Positions 9,256-19,962 of a DNA stretch of 59,049 nt are shown here, piece by piece. Within the stretch, counting starts at the first letter, position 1; every line of letters starts with the position of its first letter. The notes beneath the pieces were generated by a model. The model searched no databases. It was not told where the DNA came from and was given only the letters and a program-made list of their open reading frames with translations. Location: IMG/VR virus record IMGVR_UViG_3300027808_000032, positions 1 to 59,049 of that record; one strand, written 5' to 3'. The position numbers and the translations under genes are program-made. The DNA comes from a virus (lineage: Duplodnaviria; Caudoviricetes).

Positions 9256-9401
9256 TGGCAGCTAAAAAGACATCGGATGCTAAGTCATCCTTTTTAAAGA
9301 AGCCCGAGGTAAATCGTCCGGGGGTACACGCAAAGTCTAAGACATCAAAAATAAAAGGTTCTAAGAACTATAAAAAGCCGTACAATCGTCAAGGTAAATA
9401 A
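9255..9401 (+). CDS. 48-aa basic protein (not in ORF track)
   Basis: MAAKK..RPGVHAKSKTS..SKNYKKPYNRQGK; TAATG coupling to holin. Confidence 0.65.
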   Translation: MAAKKTSDAKSSFLKKPEVNRPGVHAKSKTSKIKGSKNYKKPYNRQGK

Positions 9402-9432
9402 AAAAATTCTATCTTTGTAAAAATTAAATCAT

Positions 9433-9690
9433 ATGTCACAAATTATTTCGTTAAATGTTACTCAAGAAGAGCTTCAAATGCTTCAAGCAATGAATACTCA
9501 GTACTCGCGCATGAAGATGATGATTGCAGACTTGGAGCTTCAAAAACTTTCTGTGCTCAAAGAGATTGAGGTTTTAAAACAGGACTTCTCTCGTAATGAG
9601 TCAGAGCTTGTTTCTAAATATGGTCGCAATGCTATTATCGACATTAAGACCGGCATGATTACATACTCAAAAGAAGAATTACCTAACTGA
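9433..9690 (+). CDS. Coiled-coil hypothetical protein
   Basis: 85 aa with heptad pattern; promoter at 9410. Confidence 0.7.
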   Translation: MSQIISLNVTQEELQMLQAMNTQYSRMKMMIADLELQKLSVLKEIEVLKQDFSRNESELVSKYGRNAIIDIKTGMITYSKEELPN

Positions 9691-9692
9691 TT

Positions 9693-10319
9693 ATGGCAAA
9701 GATATCAACATATCCAAATGCGACTCCTTCGTTAAGTGACAAGGTAATTGGGACAAATGTTACTCCCTCAAATGAGACTGAGAACTTTTTGCTTTCTGAT
9801 GTCCTTTCGTTATTTGTTGCGAACCTTCCTCCTACTCTATTGCAGTACTCATTGGTTCTTAATGCCAAGGAGACTATAGCATTGGCTCCATCGGGACTTG
9901 ATGCTCCACTTCAGTTGACGATTGGACCGGCACAGCTTGGCCCATCGGACCCTGTTCAGTTGTTGTCTAGCGGAGAGATTCGTTTCAATCAAGCAGGGCA
10001 GTATTGGGTTTCGGCCCAAGGATTGTTTGAAAGGCTTGGTAGTTCCGTCGGGGTTGCACTTTTGCATTTTCGTGCTTTGATAAATGGAGTTCAGTCCGGC
10101 ACCACACAGTCCATTGAGATTGATAATGTAGGGACTTGGACTCCATATGAAAGGTCTATTCCTATTTACATTTCAACTCCCGGGACTGAATTGTCATTTC
10201 AGATTGTCAGAGACAGCACCGGTGTTAATGCCGGGGGCTTGTATCCGGCAGCAGTATCTACTCCGGGATGGACATCAACTCCTAGCTTTGCGATTCAAGT
10301 TTACAAATCATCTCTATAA
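9693..10319 (+). CDS. Probable virion/fibre protein
   Basis: MAKISTYP..DKVIGT N-terminus; beta-rich C-terminus. Confidence 0.55.
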   Translation: MAKISTYPNATPSLSDKVIGTNVTPSNETENFLLSDVLSLFVANLPPTLLQYSLVLNAKETIALAPSGLDAPLQLTIGPAQLGPSDPVQLLSSGEIRFNQAGQYWVSAQGLFERLGSSVGVALLHFRALINGVQSGTTQSIEIDNVGTWTPYERSIPIYISTPGTELSFQIVRDSTGVNAGGLYPAAVSTPGWTSTPSFAIQVYKSSL

Positions 10320-10582
10320 TGAATCCTTGGGTTACATCAGAAGTGGATTACAGCTTAATGTATGAGATAAGGAAGATTTCCGTTGGCTCAGACTACAAGA
10401 CTGCCATGCATTATATCTTGGGTCAGCCTGTACTAAATGATTCTCATAAAATAAACGGATTCACTCGCGACATCACAGGCCAACATTTTGTGTGGATTAT
10501 TAATGATAAGCAAGAGGTTCTTTTGTGGAAATCATTCGGAAGCAATATGCCCATTTCAATTGAATACAACATCAATATTTAA
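10319..10582 (+). CDS. Hypothetical protein
   Basis: IRKISVG.DYK.AMHY..GQ; tightly packed. Confidence 0.7.
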   Translation: MNPWVTSEVDYSLMYEIRKISVGSDYKTAMHYILGQPVLNDSHKINGFTRDITGQHFVWIINDKQEVLLWKSFGSNMPISIEYNINI

Positions 10583-10584
10583 AA

Positions 10585-11148
10585 ATGCAATCACCATTCC
10601 ACTTCATTGCAAAGCCGCATGAGGGGAAGCGATACAACAACACAAAGAGCGTAGAGGGGATAGAGCTCATCATTAGTACATCAGAGGAAGACCATCGCTT
10701 CTCAAACAGATATGCGGAAGTAGTAGCACTTCCATTGGGATACTCCGGGCCAATACAGGTCGGTGACATTCTTTTGGTTCACCACAATGTGTTTAAGTTT
10801 TACAACGACATGAAAGGCCGCAGGCAGTCGGGCCGCAGCTTTTTAAAGGATGATTTGTTTTTGATTGAGGAGGACCAATACTTTGCTTACAAGCGAGATA
10901 GTGTTTGGCACGCATACGGAAGGTACTGTTTTGTAATCCCGGCTCCGGTTATTGATTCTTTCATAAAGAAGCCGGGGAGTGAGGAGCCTCTTGTTGGAAT
11001 TATGGAGCTTCCTAACGAAAGGATGCTGAGCCTTGGAGTAAACAAGGGAGACACAATATGTTTTAAGCCTGAGAGTGAGTATGAGTTTAACGTGGATGGG
11101 CAGAAGATGTACCGTATGTTTGACCATCAAATAACAATTAAGCTATGA
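10585..11148 (+). CDS. GroES-like protein, probably two tandem Cpn10-like domains
   Basis: AEVVALP..IQVGDILLV and G.M..GVNKGDTICF..YEFNVDGQKMYRM both resemble the Cpn10 beta-barrel. Confidence 0.55.
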   Translation: MQSPFHFIAKPHEGKRYNNTKSVEGIELIISTSEEDHRFSNRYAEVVALPLGYSGPIQVGDILLVHHNVFKFYNDMKGRRQSGRSFLKDDLFLIEEDQYFAYKRDSVWHAYGRYCFVIPAPVIDSFIKKPGSEEPLVGIMELPNERMLSLGVNKGDTICFKPESEYEFNVDGQKMYRMFDHQITIKL

Positions 11149-11636
11149 ATGCATTTGTTTACGACGATGTTATAAAGGACCCTATAGCTTACAAGAAGAA
11201 CATCTTGTCAGGTGTATTTCAAAATGCATTTGATGGTGTGAACTTGTTCAAGAATGTTCAGCCATTGACACCTAGGGATGAGTTCGTTGATTTTTTAATG
11301 AATGAGTTTTCTTCTGTGGATTTGGTTGTTTCTTGGAACTTTGCAAGGAAGTCTCCATATATGCAAGATGAGCCCAACTTTGTTCATTCGGATGAAATGA
11401 TGGGGAATCTTACTGCGATTCTTTATTTGAATGAATCACCACCGGAAGGAGATGGAACCACGCTATATGATGAAGATGGTAAAATTATGATTGTGTCTCA
11501 GTCAAAGTTTAATAGAGCATTTGTGTTCAACTCAGATTGCTTGCACTCTCGAAATATTTATCATAACTTCGGAAAAGGAGACGATGCAAGATTGATACAG
11601 GTTGTGTATTTAAAACTAAAAGATGAAAAGCTCTAA
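11145..11636 (+). CDS. 2OG-Fe(II) oxygenase
   Basis: HSD..TAILYLN..GTTLY..KFNRAFVF..LHS..R.IQV (HxD..H..R). Confidence 0.8.
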   Translation: MNAFVYDDVIKDPIAYKKNILSGVFQNAFDGVNLFKNVQPLTPRDEFVDFLMNEFSSVDLVVSWNFARKSPYMQDEPNFVHSDEMMGNLTAILYLNESPPEGDGTTLYDEDGKIMIVSQSKFNRAFVFNSDCLHSRNIYHNFGKGDDARLIQVVYLKLKDEKL

Positions 11637-11901
11637 AGAAATAAAGCTCAGAATTATTCAAGCCGGGCACCGGGCGGTAGAGCAACTAATTAAGGTTGCC
11701 GAGGAAGAGATTGTTGGTGGGGATGATGAGCTTTCTGCTGACAAACTAAAGAGTGCAGCTCAAGCCAAGAAGATGGCTATCTTTGATGCATTCGAGATTC
11801 TGTCAAGAATAGAAGCAGAAAAAGAAGTTCTAGAGCAGATGGAGAATGGTTCAATGAAAACAGACAGTAAGCAAGGTTTTGCAGAACGAAGGTCAAAATA
11901 G
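11623..11901 (+). CDS. Probable terminase small subunit
   Basis: Small helical protein overlapping the terL start; position-based call. Confidence 0.45.
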   Translation: MKSSKEIKLRIIQAGHRAVEQLIKVAEEEIVGGDDELSADKLKSAAQAKKMAIFDAFEILSRIEAEKEVLEQMENGSMKTDSKQGFAERRSK

Positions 11902-14128
11902 TTTGTATCGGGTTCTTGATGGGTACATCCCTAGCAAGATTTACTCTACAAAAAACAAGAGTAAAGGGTGGGCCTATGGCTACAACGAAGAGCACGATAT
12001 GGTTGTGATATCTCGCACCGGTCAGATAGGTGAGATAGTAATGATAGAGGGATTGGCTATAGCGTTACCGGCGGTTCCGGAATACGTGTACTCAAGAAGT
12101 AATATCGTATGTGAGCAGTACTTTGAAAGGGAAAACTACCCATCTGAGTTGGCAAAGATTCAAACCATCTTTCAGTGGAATGAAAGGCCAAAGGAATTTA
12201 AGGACCATTGGATTGATTACATAGAGTCTCAGTTTGATTACAGGGAGAATGGTTATTGGTTTATGAACAATGGGTCCCCTACCTACATTACCGGGGCACA
12301 TTGGATGTATCTTCAGTGTTCAAAGATTGACATTGGCTATGCAGATTATCGGGAGGCAAATAGAATCTTGTATTTGTTTTGGGAAGGGTGTAAGGCTGAT
12401 GATAGGTCATTTGGCATGATATACTTAAAGATTCGTCGGTCCGGATTCTCCTATATGTCATCATCAGAGTGCATCAACATAGGAACCTTGGCCAACAATG
12501 CCCGAATAGGTATACTGTCCAAGACCGGTAGTGATGCTAAGAAAATGTTCACTGACAAGGTAGTTCCCATTAGCACGAACCTCCCATTTTTCTTCAAACC
12601 TATTCAAGATGGTATGGACCGGCCCAAGACAGAGTTGGCGTACAGGATTCCGGCATCGAAGATTACGAAGAACAATATGCACAAGGTGAGTGAGGAGGAT
12701 GAGTTAAAAGGCTTGAACACTACAATCGATTGGAAGAACACTGAGGACAACTCTTATGATGGAGAAAAGTTGATGCTTCTTGTTCATGATGAGAGTGGGA
12801 AATGGATAAAGCCAAACAACATCCTAAACAATTGGAGGGTTACAAAGACCTGCTTGAGATTGGGCAGAAAGATAATAGGGAAGTGCATGATGGGTTCTAC
12901 CTGTAATGCATTGGAGAAAGGTGGTGGGAACTTCAAGAGTATGTACTTTGATTCTGACATAAAAAATCGTAATAAAAACGGTCAGACTAAAAGTGGATTG
13001 TATCGATTGTTTATTCCCATGGAGTGGAACCTTGAAGGGTTTATTGACCGTTATGGTATGCCGGTGTTTCGGAAGCCAACGGAAAAAATAATGGGAGTTG
13101 ATGGTCAATTCATAAACAATGGAGCCATAGATTATTGGGAGGCGGAGGTTGATTCTCTTAAGAACGATGCTGATGCTTTGAATGAATATTACCGTCAGTA
13201 TCCGAGAACTGAGTCTCATGCTTTTAGGGATGAGAGTAAGGCATCTCTTTTCAATCTGACGAAGATATATCAGCAGATTGACTACAACGATTCAATGATT
13301 AAGGGCCATATGTTGACAAGGGGTTCTTTTCATTGGAAGGATGGCATAAAGGATACCAAGGTTATATGGGCTCCCGACAGTCGGGGCAGGTTTCTTGTAA
13401 GTTGGCTTCCGCCTAAAGAGTTGCAGAATAGGTTTATTGAAAGGAATGGAATAAGGTATCCTCTAAACGAGCACATTGGTGCGTTTGGATGCGATAGCTA
13501 TGACATCTCAGGCGTTGTTTCGGGGAGTGGCTCAAATGGGTCTCTCCATGGGTTGACCAAATTCAATATGGAAAACGCTCCATCCAATGAGTTTTTTCTT
13601 GAGTACATTGCCCGGCCTCAAACGGCGGAGATATTTTTTGAGGAGGTACTGATGGCTTGTATGTTTTATGGTATGCCGATTCTTGCCGAGAACAACAAGC
13701 CTAGGTTGTTGTACCATTTTAAAAATCGGGGGTATCGTGGGTTTAGCTTGAACCGGCCGGACAAAAACATATCAAAACTTTCAAAAACAGAAAGAGAGCT
13801 TGGAGGTATACCAAACTCTTCAGAGGATGTAAAGCAAGCACACGCTGCCGCGGTAGAGTCATACATTGAGAAGCACGTTGGATTAGATTTCGAGGGAGTG
13901 TATAGGGATTCTGAGGAGATGGGCACTATGCCATTTAATCGTACTATTGAGGATTGGGCAAAGTTTGATATTAACAATAGAACGAAGCATGATGCGACGA
14001 TTAGTTCGGGATTGGCTATCATGGCGAATCAAAAGCACTTATATCAACCGGAGGTAAAACAATCGAAAATTAGCGTTAACTTTGCAACGTATAACAATTC
14101 CGGAGTTTTTAGTAAGATTAATCAATGA
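11879..14128 (+). CDS. terL: Terminase large subunit
   Basis: KIRRSGFS Walker A variant, LLVHDESGK Walker B, GST coupling motif, FGCDSYD nuclease motif, HDATISSG. Confidence 0.9.
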   Translation: MQNEGQNSLYRVLDGYIPSKIYSTKNKSKGWAYGYNEEHDMVVISRTGQIGEIVMIEGLAIALPAVPEYVYSRSNIVCEQYFERENYPSELAKIQTIFQWNERPKEFKDHWIDYIESQFDYRENGYWFMNNGSPTYITGAHWMYLQCSKIDIGYADYREANRILYLFWEGCKADDRSFGMIYLKIRRSGFSYMSSSECINIGTLANNARIGILSKTGSDAKKMFTDKVVPISTNLPFFFKPIQDGMDRPKTELAYRIPASKITKNNMHKVSEEDELKGLNTTIDWKNTEDNSYDGEKLMLLVHDESGKWIKPNNILNNWRVTKTCLRLGRKIIGKCMMGSTCNALEKGGGNFKSMYFDSDIKNRNKNGQTKSGLYRLFIPMEWNLEGFIDRYGMPVFRKPTEKIMGVDGQFINNGAIDYWEAEVDSLKNDADALNEYYRQYPRTESHAFRDESKASLFNLTKIYQQIDYNDSMIKGHMLTRGSFHWKDGIKDTKVIWAPDSRGRFLVSWLPPKELQNRFIERNGIRYPLNEHIGAFGCDSYDISGVVSGSGSNGSLHGLTKFNMENAPSNEFFLEYIARPQTAEIFFEEVLMACMFYGMPILAENNKPRLLYHFKNRGYRGFSLNRPDKNISKLSKTERELGGIPNSSEDVKQAHAAAVESYIEKHVGLDFEGVYRDSEEMGTMPFNRTIEDWAKFDINNRTKHDATISSGLAIMANQKHLYQPEVKQSKISVNFATYNNSGVFSKINQ

Positions 14129-16560
14129 AGGACATCAAGGTCAACATAAGTGCCGCCGGTTTCCCGAGTCAGTTTGTTTCGGATGCTGATAAAGCATCAG
14201 ATGAGTTTGGGTTGCAGATTGGACAAGCTATTCAATACGAGTGGTTCCGAAAGGATGGAAACCAATGTAGGTACTACAGTCAATGGAGAGACTTTCACCG
14301 GCTTCGGCTGTATGCTCGAGGAGAGCAGTCTACTGAGAAATATAAAAATGAGATTTCTGTAAACGGAGACTTGTCGTATTTGAACTTGGATTGGACACCG
14401 GTCCCTATTATTCCAAAGTTTGTTGACATCGTTGTAAACGGTATGTCAGACCGGTTGTTTAAGGTAAAGGCGTTTGCTCAAGATGCAATGTCCCAAGAGC
14501 GTAGGAGTGTGTATCAAGATATGATTGAGGGGCAGATGGTGGCTAAGGACATCTTGATGAAGATTAAAGAGAAGACCGGTGCCGACCCATTTACGATGAA
14601 TCCCGATGAGCTTCCTAGCACAGATGAGGGGCTTTCGTTGTATATGCAACTGAACTATAAGCCTGCTATTGAGATTGCGGAAGAGGAGGCCATCAATACT
14701 CTTCTTGAGGAGAATCACTACTACGACTTAAGAAAGAGGTTGGACTATGACCTTGCGACTATAGGTATTTCTGTGTGTAAGCATGAGTTTTTGCCGGGGG
14801 CCGGCGTTGAGATATCATATGTTGACCCGGCCAATATTGTTTACAGCTACACTGAAGACCCACACTTTAAAGATTGTTTTTATTGGGGAGAGATTAAGAC
14901 TCTTCCGATTACGGAGCTGTACAAGATTGACCCATCTCTTACCAATGAGAAGTTGGAGGAGATATCAAAGTACAGTCAGTCTTGGTATGACTACTTTAAT
15001 GTAGCTCAGTTCTATGAGAACAGCATATTTAACCGAGATACTTGCACTCTTCTTTATTTCAACTACAAGACCACCAAGCGTATTGTATACAAGAAAAAGA
15101 TTTCTGATGGTGGAGGTTCCCGGGTGATTGAGAAGGACGATACCTTTAATCCTCCGGCAGAGATGATGGAGGAAGGTCGTTTTGAAAAAATTGAAAAGGT
15201 TGTGGATGTTTGGTACAATGGCGTTATGGTCATGGGTACCAATATCATATTGAAGTGGGAGATGGCGGAGAACATGGTTAGGCCAAAGTCCTCATCTCAG
15301 CACGCACTTCCAAACTATATTGCGGTGGCACCTAGGATGTACAAGGGTGTTATTGAGTCTTTGGTCCGCAGGATGATTCCATTTGCTGACTTGATTCAGA
15401 TTACCCATTTGAAGCTACAGCAAGTTATTTCCCGGTTGGTTCCGGACGGTGTGTTTATTGATGCCGATGGGTTGAACGAGGTTGACCTTGGAACCGGTGC
15501 CGCATACAATCCCGAGGATGCTTTACGATTGTATTTCCAAACCGGTAGCGTCATAGGCCGCAGCTTCACTCAAGAAGGAGACTACAACAATGCCCGAATT
15601 CCTATTCAGGAGCTTAACTCAAACTCGGGAAGTGGAAAGACTCAGATGTTGCTTGCAAACTACAACCACTACCTTGACATGATTCGAACTGTCACCGGTT
15701 TGAATGAGGCAAGGGATGGCTCCACTCCGGACCCAAGAGGGTTGGTTGGATTGCAGAAGTTGGCAGCTTTAAACTCAAACACAGCTACTCGTCATATTCT
15801 TGATGGAGCGCTTTATATGTTCCGAACATTGGCGGAGGGGCTTACCTATCGGGTGTCTGACATTTTGCAGTATGCTGACTTTAGGGATGACTTTGCAAAC
15901 AAGATTGGAAAGTATAATGTTGGCGTTCTTGACCAAATCAAGGACTTGTACATTTATGACTTTGGCATTTTCATTGAGGTATCTCCGGATGAAGAGGAGA
16001 AAGCTCAGCTTGAAGCCAACATTCAAATGGCCCTATCAAAAGGTGACATCAACTTGGAGGATGCCATTGATATCCGGGAGGTGAAGAACTTAAAGCTCGC
16101 GAATCAGTTACTCAAGGTCAAGAGGATTAAGAAGCAAGAGCGAGAAGAGAAGATGCAGATGCAAATGCAAGCTATGCAAGCTCAGCAGAATCTTAAGGCC
16201 CAAGAGATGTCGAATGTGTTGGCGGTTCAAAAGATTCAAATGGAGACCGAGAAGGACATCAAGATTGAGCAAGCTCGCGTTGCTTTTGCTATTGAGAAGA
16301 TGAATGCTGAAGCTGAGCTGAAGAGCAAATTAATGGCTGAAGAGTTTGATTATAAAATAAGGATTGTTGAGATGACTGAGGCACAATTGGCTAATAGAGA
16401 TGACATGAAGGAGGAAGGTAAGTCAAAGAGAATTAGTCAGCAGAACACAGAGCAATCAAGATTGATTAATCAGCGAAAGTTGAATCTTCCTCCACAGAAC
16501 TTTGAATCAAACGAGGATTCCTTGGATGGGTTTGACCTAGCCGAGTTCGAGGTTCGATAA
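14125..16560 (+). CDS. Portal protein
   Basis: 811 aa after terL; PIIPKFVDIV, TGLNEARDG, C-terminal coiled coil. Confidence 0.8.
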   Translation: MKDIKVNISAAGFPSQFVSDADKASDEFGLQIGQAIQYEWFRKDGNQCRYYSQWRDFHRLRLYARGEQSTEKYKNEISVNGDLSYLNLDWTPVPIIPKFVDIVVNGMSDRLFKVKAFAQDAMSQERRSVYQDMIEGQMVAKDILMKIKEKTGADPFTMNPDELPSTDEGLSLYMQLNYKPAIEIAEEEAINTLLEENHYYDLRKRLDYDLATIGISVCKHEFLPGAGVEISYVDPANIVYSYTEDPHFKDCFYWGEIKTLPITELYKIDPSLTNEKLEEISKYSQSWYDYFNVAQFYENSIFNRDTCTLLYFNYKTTKRIVYKKKISDGGGSRVIEKDDTFNPPAEMMEEGRFEKIEKVVDVWYNGVMVMGTNIILKWEMAENMVRPKSSSQHALPNYIAVAPRMYKGVIESLVRRMIPFADLIQITHLKLQQVISRLVPDGVFIDADGLNEVDLGTGAAYNPEDALRLYFQTGSVIGRSFTQEGDYNNARIPIQELNSNSGSGKTQMLLANYNHYLDMIRTVTGLNEARDGSTPDPRGLVGLQKLAALNSNTATRHILDGALYMFRTLAEGLTYRVSDILQYADFRDDFANKIGKYNVGVLDQIKDLYIYDFGIFIEVSPDEEEKAQLEANIQMALSKGDINLEDAIDIREVKNLKLANQLLKVKRIKKQEREEKMQMQMQAMQAQQNLKAQEMSNVLAVQKIQMETEKDIKIEQARVAFAIEKMNAEAELKSKLMAEEFDYKIRIVEMTEAQLANRDDMKEEGKSKRISQQNTEQSRLINQRKLNLPPQNFESNEDSLDGFDLAEFEVR

Positions 16561-16602
16561 AGTTAAAAAAATGTTTATTAACTTTGTACAAATTATAATC
16601 TT

Positions 16603-17679
16603 ATGGACATTCAAGTAAAAGAGGTTTCGTTTAAGGAAGAGAAGTCGGTTCAAGAAATTGAGAAAGAGTTACTCGATAAGCACGAGCAACAGCATCAAGA
16701 CCCGGCACCAACACCGGACCCGGTGCCACCTTCTGAAGACGAGCTCTTAGAAAAAGAGAAGGACGTTCTTTCATATATTGGCAAAAGGTACAACAAGGAG
16801 ATTAATTCCTTGGATGAGCTATTCACTGCTCGTGAGCAGAATGAAGAGTTGCCCGAGGATGTTGCATCTTTCTTGAAGTACAAAAAAGAAACAGGTCGTG
16901 GGATTCAAGATTTCCTGAAGTTACAACAGGATTTTGATTCCATGGATGAAAATAATTTGCTACGCGAGTACTTCTTGCAGACAGAAGAAGGAATCGATTC
17001 CGAAGACGTAGATGCAATGCTCTCTGAGTATTCCTACGATGCGGAGCTCGATGACGAATCTGATGTTAAGAAAGCTCGTTTGGCAAAGAAAAAGGCTCTT
17101 CATAAGGCCAAGACATACTTCAACAATCTGAAGGAGCAATACAAACAACCCCTTGAGTCAAGGTCGGTTGGTATTCCGGATGAAGAAAGGGAAATGTATG
17201 AGTCTTATAAAGAGTCTGTCGAAAAGTCAAAGACCGAAAGGGAGGCTACACAAAAGAAGCGAGACTTCTTTACCAAGAGGACTGACGAGCTCTTTTCAAG
17301 TGAATTCAAAGGTTTTGAGTTTGACTTGGATGGAAGGAAATTAGTTTTCGCTCCCGGTGAATCTGAGGCTTTAAAGAAATCTCAGGAAAGTCCAATGAAC
17401 TTTATCAATAAGTACTTGGACGAGAATGGAATGATTAAAGACGCAGCAGGATACCACAAGGCTTTGTCAATGGCAATGAACCCCGAGCGGTATGCTAAGT
17501 TCTTTTATGAGCAAGGCAAATCCGATGCAGTAGATGGGCTAGACCGCAAGCTAAAAAATGTAAACATGAGCGAGCGGAGAGCACCGGAATCTGTAAACAA
17601 GGGGGGAATGCAAGTGCGAGCGGTCAACGACGATTCAGGTCGTGGTCTTCGCATACGAAGTGTTAACAAGAAACAATAA
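16603..17679 (+). CDS. Probable capsid scaffolding protein
   Basis: Acidic helical protein between portal and capsid genes. Confidence 0.6.
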   Translation: MDIQVKEVSFKEEKSVQEIEKELLDKHEQQHQDPAPTPDPVPPSEDELLEKEKDVLSYIGKRYNKEINSLDELFTAREQNEELPEDVASFLKYKKETGRGIQDFLKLQQDFDSMDENNLLREYFLQTEEGIDSEDVDAMLSEYSYDAELDDESDVKKARLAKKKALHKAKTYFNNLKEQYKQPLESRSVGIPDEEREMYESYKESVEKSKTEREATQKKRDFFTKRTDELFSSEFKGFEFDLDGRKLVFAPGESEALKKSQESPMNFINKYLDENGMIKDAAGYHKALSMAMNPERYAKFFYEQGKSDAVDGLDRKLKNVNMSERRAPESVNKGGMQVRAVNDDSGRGLRIRSVNKKQ

Positions 17680-17699
17680 CCTTTTAAAACCTAAAAATC

Positions 17700-19127
17700 A
17701 TGGCAGGTTCATTACTAGCGTCACCTACATTCGCTTTGCAGCCATCTGCTGAGCAGGTAGTGTTGAGCACAAACTACATCACGAACTTTAACTTTTTGAA
17801 TCAGTATCTTCCTGATACTTACGAAAAGGAGTTCGAGCGTTACGGCAATCGTACCGTAGCATCTTTCTTACGTATGGTAGGTGCAGAGATGCCCTCCAAT
17901 TCTGACCTCATCAAGTGGGCTGAGCAAGGCCGTCTGCACACCAAGTATGTGTCAGTTGGTACCGGTGCATTAGTAAATGCCCCAAGTGCAGCTTTCCAAG
18001 TGAATGACACCGGCGTAACCGGCGTTGCTTTCCGTCCCGGTCAAACCGTTATGGTTGTTCAAAACAATGGGAGCGGATTTAACAAAGGTATCGTTACCGC
18101 TATTACTTTGCCTAACACATTTACTGTTGCTTTCTATGAAAGCACCGGTTTGGTAACTGCAGGTACAGGTGCAGGTAATTCTGATGTAACCGTTTTCGTT
18201 TATGGTTCTGAATTCAAAAAAGGAACTGTTGGAATGGTTGGTTCTTTGGAAGCTGAAGACTCAATCTTCCAAAACAGCCCAATCATCCTAAAGGATAAGT
18301 ACGCTGTTAGCGGTTCAGACATGGCCCAAATTGGTTGGGTTGAGGTTACCACCGAAAACGGAGCAAGCGGTTACCTATGGTACTTGAAGAGTGAGCACGA
18401 AACTCGTTTACGTTTTGAGGATTACCTTGAGACTTCAATGATTGAGGCTGTTCCTGCTCAAGTTGGTTCCGGTGTTTTAAACACAGGTCTTAACCCCACC
18501 TTTGGTAACAAGGGTTCTGAAGGAATCTTTTATGTTGTTGAGAACCGCGGAAACGTATGGGCCGGTGGCAATCCTTCTACCTTGTCAGATTTTGACTCCA
18601 TCATCTCTCGTCTTGACCGTCAAGGTTCTATTGAAGAGAACGTACTCTTCTTGAACCGCGAGTTTGGTTTTGACATTGACGATATGTTGGCAGCTCAAAA
18701 CTCCTACGGTGTTGGTGGAACCTCTTACGGTTTGTTCGACAATGACCAACAAATGGCTTTGAATCTTGGCTTCACCGGTTTCCGTCGTGGCTATGATTTC
18801 TACAAGTCTGATTGGAAGTATTTGAACGACCCCACCATGCGTGGCGGATTGTCAGCGAACCCCGGTTCAGGCCGCGTAAACGGCTTGTTGGTTCCTGCCG
18901 GTTCTACCACCGTATACGACCAAATCCTTGGCAAAAACGCTAAGCGTCCTTTCCTACACGTCCGGTACCGCGCTTCAGAAACTGAAGACCGTCGCTACAA
19001 GACTTGGATTACCGGTTCTGCCGGAGGTGCTGCCAACAGCGACCTTGATGCCATGGAGGTACACTTCCTATCTGAGCGTGCTGTTTGCACCTTGGGAGCC
19101 AACAACTTCGTATTGTTCGAGCAATAA
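17700..19127 (+). CDS. Major capsid protein
   Basis: 475 aa, strong codon bias, WAEQGRLH motif, followed by terminator. Confidence 0.8.
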   Translation: MAGSLLASPTFALQPSAEQVVLSTNYITNFNFLNQYLPDTYEKEFERYGNRTVASFLRMVGAEMPSNSDLIKWAEQGRLHTKYVSVGTGALVNAPSAAFQVNDTGVTGVAFRPGQTVMVVQNNGSGFNKGIVTAITLPNTFTVAFYESTGLVTAGTGAGNSDVTVFVYGSEFKKGTVGMVGSLEAEDSIFQNSPIILKDKYAVSGSDMAQIGWVEVTTENGASGYLWYLKSEHETRLRFEDYLETSMIEAVPAQVGSGVLNTGLNPTFGNKGSEGIFYVVENRGNVWAGGNPSTLSDFDSIISRLDRQGSIEENVLFLNREFGFDIDDMLAAQNSYGVGGTSYGLFDNDQQMALNLGFTGFRRGYDFYKSDWKYLNDPTMRGGLSANPGSGRVNGLLVPAGSTTVYDQILGKNAKRPFLHVRYRASETEDRRYKTWITGSAGGAANSDLDAMEVHFLSERAVCTLGANNFVLFEQ

Positions 19128-19149
19128 GAAGAAAGGCAAAAACTAAGAT

Positions 19150-19181
19150 GGGGGTCGCAGTTGAGCGGCCCCCTCTTTTTT
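19150..19181 (+). terminator. Intrinsic terminator after capsid gene
   Basis: GGGGGTCGC-agttga-GCGGCCCCC plus T-run. Confidence 0.8.
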
Positions 19182-19212
19182 ATCTTTCAGTAAACCCTTT
19201 AATTCAAATACA

Positions 19213-19962
19213 ATGAAAACAAAGTTAGAATCCAAAGACCGTATCTACCGGTTAAAAAAGAATGCTGCTCCTTTGACATACAGCATCCCTGTCCGCAATT
19301 CCAAGAGTATGCCATTGCTGTACTTTGATGAGGACCAAAACATAAACCGCGCTCTGCGTTATGCGCGAAATCAAAAAAGCCCTTTTGAGGATGAGCAGGA
19401 TGGAAATGCCATCATTGAACCCATCGTTTTTGAGAACGGATTCCTTTTTGTTCCTCGTACAAACCCTGTCCTTCAGCAGTTCTTGAACTACCACCCACTA
19501 AATGGTGTTTCCTTTGAGGAAGTTAACCACGAGAAAGATGCTCAGAAAGAGATGGAGCAATTATCAATTGAGGCTGACGCTTTGATTGAAGCTCGTCAGA
19601 TGTCTGTTGAGCAGTTGGAGCTTGTTGGCCGGGTGCTATTGGGCAAGGATGTAACTCGAATGACTACCGCCGAACTTCGCCGGGACATTCTTGTGTATGC
19701 TAAGCAAGACCCCTTTGGTTTTATGAACATCATCAATGACCCATCATTGCAAGCGAGCTCTTCTGTTCGTATGTTCTTTGACAAGGGGTTATTGACCATG
19801 CGGAACAACAACAAGGAGGTGTGGTATAGCACTCCGTCGAACAAGAAGAAGATGTTGAATGTTCCATATGGAGAGGACCCATACGATATGGTCACCAACT
19901 ACTTGCACTCCGGTGATGGTATTGAGGACTTGAAGATGTTGGAGAATTTCTTAGAGCAATAA
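19213..19962 (+). CDS. Conserved hypothetical protein
   Basis: 249 aa ORF after capsid gene. Confidence 0.75.
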   Translation: MKTKLESKDRIYRLKKNAAPLTYSIPVRNSKSMPLLYFDEDQNINRALRYARNQKSPFEDEQDGNAIIEPIVFENGFLFVPRTNPVLQQFLNYHPLNGVSFEEVNHEKDAQKEMEQLSIEADALIEARQMSVEQLELVGRVLLGKDVTRMTTAELRRDILVYAKQDPFGFMNIINDPSLQASSSVRMFFDKGLLTMRNNNKEVWYSTPSNKKKMLNVPYGEDPYDMVTNYLHSGDGIEDLKMLENFLEQ

